Of a DNA stretch of 64,000 bases, positions 56,418 to 64,000 are shown piece by piece. Below the pieces are notes generated by a model. That model was not told where the DNA came from. It did not search any database and was given only the letters and a program-made list of their open reading frames with translations. The stretch lies in contig JBFJCP010000001.1 in the NCBI GenBank assembly GCA_041615815.1, forward strand, positions 192,001 through 256,000, read 5' to 3'. Positions within the stretch are counted from its first letter, which is position 1; each line of letters opens with the position of its first letter. Made by a program: the position numbers and the translations under genes. The stretch comes from Gemmatimonadales bacterium. Its GTDB lineage: Bacteria > Gemmatimonadota > Gemmatimonadetes > Gemmatimonadales > GWC2-71-9.

Positions 56418-57503
56418 ATGCTCCGTCTGCGCTCGTTGGCTTTCCCTGTCCTGCTCGCCGGCACCCTGACGACACTCGGGTGCTCGGACCCACAGGGGGT
56501 GTCCGGAGGGTTCGACCTCTCCACCTGCGATCTCTTTTCCAACAAGCTCTTCGACGGCGGCCCCGGTCGCGACGGAATCCCGGCGCTCACGCACCCCGAG
56601 GTGGGGCCGCCCGACGCCGAGCCACTGCTCGAGCCGGACGACCGAGTCTTGGGTGTCGTCCGCAATGGTGCCGCCCGTGCGTACCCGTTCATCGTGATGT
56701 GGTGGCACGAGATCGTGAACGATACGCTGGGTGGCGAGCCGGTATTGGTCACGTATTGCCCGCTTACCGGGTCCGGCCTCGCCTTCGATCCACGCGTGAA
56801 CGGCGAGGTGACCGAGTTCGGTGTCTCTGGGGCCATCTTCGAGAACAACCTCATGATGTTCGACCGGAGGACCGAGAGCCTCTGGCCACAACTCATGACC
56901 TCCGCCCGTTGTGGTCCCCTGCTCGGTACCGAGCTGGCGGTGGGCCCGATCGTCGAGACGACGTGGGAACGATGGCAAGAGCTCTACCCCCAAACCACCG
57001 TCGTCACCACCAACACCCGATTCGTCAACTTGTCCTACGGGGAGTACCCCTATGGGAGCTACGACCTCACGACCAATCAGAGCTTCCTGTTCCCGGGGTC
57101 ACCGTTCAACATCACGAGGCTGCCCAAAGAAGTCATCTTGGGCATCGTAGACGGCGAGGCGAAGGTGGCCTATCCGTTCCTGGCCCTGCACGACCGCGGC
57201 GAAGTCGTAGCGATCAACGACACGATCGGGGGCCGCCCGATCGTGGTCTTCTGGCACGCGGCATCCGAGACCGCCATCGCGCTCGACCGACGGGTTGGGG
57301 GCGAGACATTGGAATTCCAGGTGAGCGGGCAAGACCCAACCCTGTATGAGGACTCCGGTACCGGGTCACTCTGGAACCAGGCAGGGACCGCGATCGCCGG
57401 GGACCTCGCCGGTGCACAGCTCGCCCCCGTCGAGGGCGCCTATGCAGTCTTCTGGTTCGCCTGGTCCGTGTTCCATCGTTTCCACCGTCTCGGGGTCGAG
57501 TAA
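56418..57503 (+). CDS. DUF3179 domain lipoprotein
   Basis: TLGC lipobox; GGPGRDGIPAL, WHEIVND, TYCPLTGS, FGVSG, DRRTESLW and FWFAW motifs. Confidence 0.88.
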   Translation: MLRLRSLAFPVLLAGTLTTLGCSDPQGVSGGFDLSTCDLFSNKLFDGGPGRDGIPALTHPEVGPPDAEPLLEPDDRVLGVVRNGAARAYPFIVMWWHEIVNDTLGGEPVLVTYCPLTGSGLAFDPRVNGEVTEFGVSGAIFENNLMMFDRRTESLWPQLMTSARCGPLLGTELAVGPIVETTWERWQELYPQTTVVTTNTRFVNLSYGEYPYGSYDLTTNQSFLFPGSPFNITRLPKEVILGIVDGEAKVAYPFLALHDRGEVVAINDTIGGRPIVVFWHAASETAIALDRRVGGETLEFQVSGQDPTLYEDSGTGSLWNQAGTAIAGDLAGAQLAPVEGAYAVFWFAWSVFHRFHRLGVE

Positions 57504-57549
57504 CGGACCTCTGAAGGCGGTGCCGTCTGGAACGCTTCGGGCCAGCTAC

Positions 57550-57565
57550 TGGCACACAAGTTGCT
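57550..57565 (+). promoter_or_regulatory. Sigma54 (-24/-12) promoter upstream of susC2
   Basis: TGGCAC-ACAAG-TTGCT matches TGGCAC-N5-TTGCW, about 145 nt upstream of the ATG. Confidence 0.65.
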
Positions 57566-57709
57566 AGCCGCACGAACTCGCCGCTGCTAACCCCTTGACG
57601 TAGCGCACACCAGGGGAAAATTTCCCATAATCGTGAAGATCGGCTCCCTCCAATCGCAGCCGATCTCCACATCTGTCGTTCCATCCACATCCCCAAGCCA
57701 GGAGGGCCT

Positions 57710-60700
57710 ATGTCCCCTGCACGTAGTTGGCTTGCTCGGTTCCTTACCGCGGGCCTCGTTGCGGTGTTCTGCACCGCGACGGCGGCCGCGCAACAGGGAA
57801 TCGGCACTGTCCGGGGCGTCGTGACTGATGATGTCAGTCGACGCCCCATTTCTGCGGCACAGGTTTATGTGCCGGGCTTGGAGGCCCTGGGAACGATTAC
57901 GGACTCCGAGGGCCAGTTCGAGCTCAACCTGCCTCAGGGTGCCCACCGGCTCACGGTGCGCCGCGTGGGGTACGCGACCAGCGGCTTGAACATCACCGTC
58001 ACCGCCGGCCAGGTCACCGAGACCAACTTCCAGCTGAAGCAAGTCGTGATTCTGCTGGATGAGGTCGTCGTGACCGGTGCCGGAGCCGCGACCGAGAAGA
58101 AGCGACTCGGCAACACCGTCGCCTCCATCAAGACCAGCGAGCTCGAGAACGCTCCCACGGCAAACTTCTCGGAGCTGCTCGCTGGACGTGAGCCCAACGT
58201 CTCCGTGATTCCCTCCGGGGGCTATGCAGGCGAAGGCGCACGCATTCGCATTCGAGGATCCGCCAGCCTCTCGCAGTCCAACGAGCCGATCATCTACGTG
58301 GATGGTATTCGCGTGGATAACGGCGGCGGGATTCAAGGAACCAACGTCGGTTCCGGCGGTGGCGGTGGCACGTCCCGTCTGGACGATATCAACCCCGACG
58401 CCATCGAGCGCGTGGAGATCCTGAAGGGCGCCGCTGCTGCGACACTCTACGGCACGGAAGCCTCCAACGGCGTGATCCAGATCTTCACCAAGAAGGGTGC
58501 GCAGGGTGCGCCGAAGTTCGACTTCTCGCTCGAAGTCGGGGCCACGAGTCCCAATTCGGATCGCATCAAGAAGAACACGGGATTCGTCCGGGCCGGAGAC
58601 GAGGCTCGGCTCTCCCAGTTCTGGGCAAATTCTCCGATCTGCCGGAATCTGTCCGGTGGATCCTGCGCTAGCATGTCGGCCTATGACATCTTCGAGGTCG
58701 ACTACTACGACGCACTCTTCGAGACCGGCTTCAACCAGGCCTACTCCGGCTCGGTGAGCGGTGGGTCCTCCATCTTCACGTACTTCGTGTCCGGCCGCTT
58801 CTCCAGCGACCAGGGCCAGATCACGACCAAGCCGTTCGACGGCCTTGCCGACGACTTCAACCGCTTGGTTCAGGCGTCGGCCAACATGGAGATCATCCCC
58901 CACGAGAAGGTCCGTCTCCGCATCAACAGCCAGGTGGCCGATGTTGGGCACAAGACCCCGGAGAACGGCAACAACATTTGGGGACTGATCCCCTCGGCGA
59001 TGGATGCGAAACCCGAGCGCGCGACGTGCGATACCTCCTTCGGCAATGGAACGCCGAATGGTGACGGCACGTGCGATCCTGTCGGCAACCCCGAGGGCGC
59101 CACGTTTGCGACCACACGGGAGATTGCGCAGACGTTCATCGAACAGGACGTGCGCCACTACACGTTGAGCCTCCAGACCCAGTACACGCCGGTGGCCGAG
59201 CTCAGCCTCGACGCCACGGTTGGTCTCGACTACACCTCCACGGAGAACGTCATCCAGTGGCCGTTTGCGTGGAACGTCGACGGTCTGGCTGGCGCGGACC
59301 CCTTGGGTAACCGCGGCATCGACAACCGCAATCGTCGTGAGATCACCGTCGAGACGAAAGCCCAGTGGGACGCTCGTTTCGGTGAGAACTTCAGTTCCAC
59401 CTTCGTCGCCGGCGGGCAGGGCTTCATCGCCCGGACAACGCAAAAGGGTGGCTTTGGCGCTGACTTCCCCGGCCCCGGTCTCGGAGTTGCCGGTGCGGCG
59501 GCCAGTCAGTCCGTCAGCGAGTCGTTCCTGGAAGTGGTCAACGCTGGTGCTTTTGCCCAGGAGCAGTTCGGCTTGTATGACGTCGTGTTCTTGACGGGCG
59601 GTTTGCGCTATGACCGCAACAGCGCGTTCGGGGAGCAGACCGAGGGAACGCTGTATCCCAAGGCCAGCATTTCGATCGTGCCCAGCGATCTGCCCTACTG
59701 GAACATCGCGCCGCTGTCCACGTTCCGGGTGCGGGCCGCCTGGGGTAAGTCCGGTCTCCAGCCGGGCGCCTTTGACAAGTTCACCACCTTCGCGGCCACG
59801 GCGTCGGCACTCGGACCAGGCCTCACGCCCGACAATCTCGGCAACGATGCGCTCGAGCCCGAGAAGGCGACCGAGATCGAGCTCGGCGCCGAGTTTGGTC
59901 TGTTCGACAACCGCCTGGGCCTGGACTTCACCTGGTGGGATCGCTCGACCAAGGACGCGCTCTTCTCACGTCAGTTTGCGCCGTCCGGCGGCTTCACCAA
60001 CCAGCAGATCGTGAACATCGGACAGGTGGACGCCAACGGGTTGGAGTTCAACCTCACGGGACTCGTCGTGAACAAGCCCGATTTTAGCGTCCGCTTCTTC
60101 GGTAACGCTGCGTACCTCACAGAAACGGTCACCGATCTCGGCGGATCGCCGCCACTCAAGGTCGGTGCGTCGTATATCCGTTACCGCGCTTGGTTGGTCG
60201 AGGGTTGGTCCCCCGGAGCGTTCTTCGGCAACCGGCTCCTCCCCACCCAGCCCGGTTTCTTTGCGATAGACACCAACGGCGACGGCCAACCCGACAGCGA
60301 AGCCGAAGTGCTGGCGTTCTTCGCCAATCCCGTCTCGAGCGGTTTCAGCTCGTCGGCCATCCGGCCGCTCGTGGAGAACTGCGACGCCAGCCAGTCGACC
60401 CCAGGCCCCCAGAGCGGCCCCTTCGGGTGCTACCTGGGTAAGCCGACACCCGACTGGCAAGGCTCGTTCGGGCTCAACATCGGGATCCTCGGCAACCTTG
60501 AGATCTCGTCGCTGTGGGAGTACAAGGCCGGTAACTTCTTCGTGCACAACCTGACCGATTCGTTCCGCTCGACGCACTCATTGATCGGACGGAACTTCGA
60601 GCAGGCAACCGCGGCGGAGCGCACCTTGGTCGACCCGTCGTCCACCGCACAGGATCGTTTGGCGGCGTGGCGCGTGTTCTCCGAGGAGCTCAAGCACCTG

Positions 60701-61006
60701 GCGCCGCTCAGCGGCCTCAACGCGGTCAGGCCGGCGGACTTCGTACGCTGGCGCGAGCTGAGCCTCACGTATCGGCTCCCCGTCGACTTCGTGCGGTCCA
60801 AGCTGGGACTGCGGTACGTAACGCTCAACGTCGCGGCCCGAAACCTCGCGCTGTGGACGAAGTACGACGGTATCGATCCGGAACTCAACTTGATCAGCCG
60901 CGGCAACGACTCGAACACGGCACAGGGCGACTTTGCCCAGAGCCTGGACGCGTGGGGCATTCCGGTCCCAACGCGGTTTACCTTCAATGTCCGGTTCGGC
61001 TTCTAA
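57710..61006 (+). CDS. SusC/RagA family TonB-dependent transporter (2)
   Basis: Signal peptide, LDEVVVTG TonB box, INPDAIERVEILKGAAAATLYG plug motif, C-terminal Phe; SD AGGAGG. Confidence 0.93.
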   Translation: MSPARSWLARFLTAGLVAVFCTATAAAQQGIGTVRGVVTDDVSRRPISAAQVYVPGLEALGTITDSEGQFELNLPQGAHRLTVRRVGYATSGLNITVTAGQVTETNFQLKQVVILLDEVVVTGAGAATEKKRLGNTVASIKTSELENAPTANFSELLAGREPNVSVIPSGGYAGEGARIRIRGSASLSQSNEPIIYVDGIRVDNGGGIQGTNVGSGGGGGTSRLDDINPDAIERVEILKGAAAATLYGTEASNGVIQIFTKKGAQGAPKFDFSLEVGATSPNSDRIKKNTGFVRAGDEARLSQFWANSPICRNLSGGSCASMSAYDIFEVDYYDALFETGFNQAYSGSVSGGSSIFTYFVSGRFSSDQGQITTKPFDGLADDFNRLVQASANMEIIPHEKVRLRINSQVADVGHKTPENGNNIWGLIPSAMDAKPERATCDTSFGNGTPNGDGTCDPVGNPEGATFATTREIAQTFIEQDVRHYTLSLQTQYTPVAELSLDATVGLDYTSTENVIQWPFAWNVDGLAGADPLGNRGIDNRNRREITVETKAQWDARFGENFSSTFVAGGQGFIARTTQKGGFGADFPGPGLGVAGAAASQSVSESFLEVVNAGAFAQEQFGLYDVVFLTGGLRYDRNSAFGEQTEGTLYPKASISIVPSDLPYWNIAPLSTFRVRAAWGKSGLQPGAFDKFTTFAATASALGPGLTPDNLGNDALEPEKATEIELGAEFGLFDNRLGLDFTWWDRSTKDALFSRQFAPSGGFTNQQIVNIGQVDANGLEFNLTGLVVNKPDFSVRFFGNAAYLTETVTDLGGSPPLKVGASYIRYRAWLVEGWSPGAFFGNRLLPTQPGFFAIDTNGDGQPDSEAEVLAFFANPVSSGFSSSAIRPLVENCDASQSTPGPQSGPFGCYLGKPTPDWQGSFGLNIGILGNLEISSLWEYKAGNFFVHNLTDSFRSTHSLIGRNFEQATAAERTLVDPSSTAQDRLAAWRVFSEELKHLAPLSGLNAVRPADFVRWRELSLTYRLPVDFVRSKLGLRYVTLNVAARNLALWTKYDGIDPELNLISRGNDSNTAQGDFAQSLDAWGIPVPTRFTFNVRFGF

Positions 61007-61034
61007 AACCGGCTACCGCGAAAGCACAGGAGCT

Positions 61035-62399
61035 ATGAACATGCTTAGATCCAAGCTATTGCGCGGCGCCGGCTGGCGAGCACGGGTGACTCCCGTGCTT
61101 GCCGTCGTAGCCGCGTTGGCGTTGGCAGGGTGCGACAATCTGATCGACGTCCAAAACCCCAACAACGTCAACGAAGAAAACGTCAATGACCCCGTTTCCG
61201 CGTTGGCCATTGCGAGCGGCATCCTGTCTGAGGTCCAGGACGCCTGGGAAGAGTCGCTCACGCCCTATTCCACTGCCACAGATGAATTGAAGTGGGTGGG
61301 GTCGCGGGATTCCTGGACGCAACTGGAGCGCGGTGACCTCGGTGACCCCATCAACGAGTTCACCGACGCGGCGTTTCCGGACGTCGGTGAAGCCAGGTGG
61401 CTTGCCGACGAGGGGATCAAGATTCTCGAGGGATTCGATCCGGCGGATTACGACCCGATCAACCTCGCCCAGGCGTACCTCTACGGCGGCGTGCTGTACA
61501 TGTCGATCGCGGACCGCTGGGACGACTTCGTGATTTCGTCCAGCAAGCAGGAGGCGGGACCGCCGGTTGGCGAGGCCAACATGGCGTCGCTGTATGACAC
61601 CGCGGTCGCGTACTTCACCAGCGGGCTCGCGATTGCTGTGAGCGAGGGCAATACGGAGCTCCAGACCCGTTTCCTGGCGCTTCGCGCTGTTGCGCGGCAC
61701 CGTCAGGCCGTCTGGAACGTGGTGCAACCCTCGTTCACGGGTCCCGCACCGGTGTACGTGAGCCTGCCAGCGGCAGCAATTCAGGATGCCAATGATGCGC
61801 TCGCGTTGATCGGGCCGGCGGACTGGCAATTCGGCTTCGTCTACTCCGCCCAGACCCGGACCAACACCATGGCGTTCTGGGTCAACGAGCGCCTGGAGCA
61901 CCGGGTGGACGATCGCTACGGGGTGCCCGATGGCTCGGACAAGACCGTCAATGCGACGGCCCTGCTCGATCCGATCGACGGGACCCCCGACCCGGAGCTC
62001 GACCAGATCATCTTCGACGAGCTCACCTGCTGCGGCGACGAGAGCCCGTTGCGGATCACGTCAGTGCATGAGCTTTACCTGATTCTGGCGGAAGACGCCA
62101 TCGCCACTAGCGCTGACGTGAACGATCCGGCGGCCGTGGGATTCATCAACAGCCTGCGTGCATTGAACGGATTGACACCCTTCAACGCGTTGACCCATGC
62201 GCCGCTCACGGCTGCAGATCACGTGCAGCACCACCGACAGGCTAGCCTGTTCGTGCACGGCGTTCGACTCTCGGACATGTATCGGTTTGGGATCACCGAC
62301 ACGCGGTGGGTAGCGGGATCGCAGGCACTCACATCGCCCGGCGTATTCCTGCCGATCACGACGATCGAGTGCAACGCGAATCCAAACATATCCTGCTAA
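61035..62399 (+). CDS. SusD/RagB family lipoprotein (2)
   Basis: LAGC lipobox, ELYLILAE, INSLR and G.RLSD.YR motifs, C-terminal LPI...E..ANPN. Confidence 0.87.
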   Translation: MNMLRSKLLRGAGWRARVTPVLAVVAALALAGCDNLIDVQNPNNVNEENVNDPVSALAIASGILSEVQDAWEESLTPYSTATDELKWVGSRDSWTQLERGDLGDPINEFTDAAFPDVGEARWLADEGIKILEGFDPADYDPINLAQAYLYGGVLYMSIADRWDDFVISSSKQEAGPPVGEANMASLYDTAVAYFTSGLAIAVSEGNTELQTRFLALRAVARHRQAVWNVVQPSFTGPAPVYVSLPAAAIQDANDALALIGPADWQFGFVYSAQTRTNTMAFWVNERLEHRVDDRYGVPDGSDKTVNATALLDPIDGTPDPELDQIIFDELTCCGDESPLRITSVHELYLILAEDAIATSADVNDPAAVGFINSLRALNGLTPFNALTHAPLTAADHVQHHRQASLFVHGVRLSDMYRFGITDTRWVAGSQALTSPGVFLPITTIECNANPNISC

Positions 62400-62425
62400 A
62401 GCCAAGCAGCGATACGGAGCAGTTG

Positions 62426-62456
62426 GAGAGGCGGCCGCTTGGCCGCCTCTCTTTTT
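62426..62456 (+). terminator. Intrinsic terminator after susD2
   Basis: GAGAGGCGGCC-GCTT-GGCCGCCTCTC followed by TTTTT. Confidence 0.85.
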
Positions 62457-62608
62457 GTCCGGTCTTCTCTGACCAGGGTAACGTCGCCAGAGAGGGGGGA
62501 AGCGCCGTGCTGAGACTCTGCGAGACGGGTGAGGCGTCACTCGCGGATTACGTTGGTTGTAAGAAGTGGAAAGGGCGCGCTACATTTACCTTGAGTCCGC
62601 AACGGTCC

Positions 62609-62682
62609 GCCCCCGTAGCTCAACCGGACAGAGCACAGGACTTCTAATCCTGGGGTTGGAGGTTCGAGTCCTCCCGGGGGCG
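62609..62682 (+). tRNA. tRNA-Arg (TCT)
   Basis: GCCCCCG/CGGGGGC acceptor stem, CAGGA-CTTCTAA-TCCTG anticodon arm, TTCGAGT T loop. Confidence 0.96.
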
Positions 62683-62713
62683 CTCGACCCCTCCAACCTC
62701 AAACAGACGCCGC

Positions 62714-63133
62714 CTACGATACGTCGGGCAGAAGCCCCGCCAAAATGCGATTGGTCCCATTGAGGACCGCTTTCACGGTCGCCTCCTCGGGATTCTCCTT
62801 GATGAGACAGAATCCGACGGAGTAGCGGACATGATCGTCTTCGCGCACCGCCAGGGCGATGACCACCGCAGTCGCATCGAACACCTTCACCGTCTCGATG
62901 TCCAAGATCTCGAACGTGGCTTGACCCGAAAGGACCCGCTTGAGACAGTCGCAGGTGGCTTGGGCCGCGCACCGCATACGACCCAATTCCGTTGCGTCTT
63001 CCTCTGCCGCACCGACGAATGTCTGCCCCTCCCAATCCATATCCACGCGCGCGCCGCATCGGGCGCCCGCAAGGTCCTCCATCGCGAGGGCGACGAACCG
63101 GACCCGCGGGACCGTTCCAGCACCCATACGCAT
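62714..63133 (-). CDS. Hypothetical protein
   Basis: Strong SD (GAGGAG); alpha/beta pattern ending in 'VKAVLNGTNR'. Confidence 0.7.
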   Translation of the reverse strand: MRMGAGTVPRVRFVALAMEDLAGARCGARVDMDWEGQTFVGAAEEDATELGRMRCAAQATCDCLKRVLSGQATFEILDIETVKVFDATAVVIALAVREDDHVRYSVGFCLIKENPEEATVKAVLNGTNRILAGLLPDVS

Positions 63134-63308
63134 TTCTCCTCTCTCCCCATGCCCGGGCTCCGCGCCTAGAACGCGGCGCCGCCACAGGTGGCGCGTACAC
63201 GCGGAATCGGTTCGGGCGCGAGGCCCCGGGAATTGCCCCGGGGACGAAAACGGCGGGGAACAACCGATTCTAGAACAATGTCCCAGCGTTGGCTAGGGTC
63301 TCGATCAC

Positions 63309-64000
63309 TCAGTCGGTATGCTTCGGGATCCACGGAAAGAACGCGTTCGTGCGGGCCACGTAGTCTCGATACCGCGGCTTCGTCTGTTCGAGATTGCGCT
63401 CCAGCAGCGCCACCCCGGAGACCTTCATCAGCAGCACCGTCATGACGACAGGACCATACACGGTCCACCACCCCCCGGATGCTACCGCAAAGACATAGAA
63501 GCTCCACCAAACCACCGCATCTCCGAAGTAGTTGGGGTGCCGGGTGTAGCGCCACAGCCCGCTGTCCAGGACCTTTCCCTTGTTCGAGGGATCGGCCTTG
63601 AAGCGGGCCATCTGCCAATCCCCCACGGCCTCGAAGGTGAGCCCGACACCGAAACCGGCGAGGGCCACCCAATCGAGCCAGATCACCTCCTCCGGCGTGG
63701 CCGCGCGCATGACGTCGAGCACGGGAGCGGCCACGAGCCAGAGAATGACGGCCTGCAAGAGAAACACGGTGATCAGACTCTTGATCGGAAACGCCGCTCC
63801 ACCCCGCTCGCGCATGGCCCGATAGCGGTAATCCTCGCCCTCGCCCCAATTGCGCCACGTGATATAGGTCGAGAGACGCACCCCCCACACTGTGACCAGC
63901 GTCGCCACGAGGAGCTGGCGCACGCCGCCGATTTCACCGATCCACAAAGCGACCCAGGCCACCAGCACGAATCCGAGTCCCCAATACCGGTCCACGAGAC
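63309..64000 (-). CDS. DUF1295 (steroid 5-alpha-reductase-like) membrane protein, 5' truncated
   Basis: GEDYRY, DWQM..FK and GLWRYTRHPNYFGD motifs. Confidence 0.9.
   Translation of the reverse strand, partial: LVDRYWGLGFVLVAWVALWIGEIGGVRQLLVATLVTVWGVRLSTYITWRNWGEGEDYRYRAMRERGGAAFPIKSLITVFLLQAVILWLVAAPVLDVMRAATPEEVIWLDWVALAGFGVGLTFEAVGDWQMARFKADPSNKGKVLDSGLWRYTRHPNYFGDAVVWWSFYVFAVASGGWWTVYGPVVMTVLLMKVSGVALLERNLEQTKPRYRDYVARTNAFFPWIPKHTD

Noticed and set aside
57587..59443. Long antisense ORFs (also 15017-16474, 20560-21837, 43421-44782 and others)
   Set aside because: Shadows of real genes in GC-rich DNA, with no recognisable motifs
52156..62682. Integrative element bounded by tRNA-Pro and tRNA-Arg, or at selC
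   Set aside because: No integrase or transposase, and no duplicated tRNA 3' end was seen

Overview
GC-rich bacterial chromosome segment. Gene content and order suggest Gemmatimonadota (FCB group); this is inferred, not confirmed by a search. Positions 1-46 kb are mostly housekeeping: serS-kinase-uvrD/pcrA-gatCAB, murA, the rimP-nusA-L7Ae-infB-rbfA-truB-ribF operon, secDF-tatD-fhs-ridA, tRNA-Sec, lpxH, an outer-membrane biogenesis-like cluster, and rph-rdgB. Within this lies a minimal bacterial microcompartment (BMC) module: two BMC-H genes, an acylating aldehyde dehydrogenase and PduL, with encapsulation peptides and unusual appended domains, but no vertex protein or signature enzyme. Positions 46-62.7 kb are a surface-protein region. 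It holds two cysteine-paired SusC/SusD pairs with no CAZymes nearby, three paralogous stand-alone 'plug-only' lipoproteins, RCC1, DUF3179 and pentapeptide exported proteins, tRNA-Pro and tRNA-Arg. The best candidates for an undescribed system are the plug-only lipoprotein/SusCD arrangement and the orphan BMC module. Other notable points are a CTG start for truB, a perfect SOS-box-like palindrome and a sigma54 promoter ahead of the two SusC genes, and a heptamer-repeat hairpin behind tRNA-Sec. No CRISPR, rRNA, integrase or transposase was seen.
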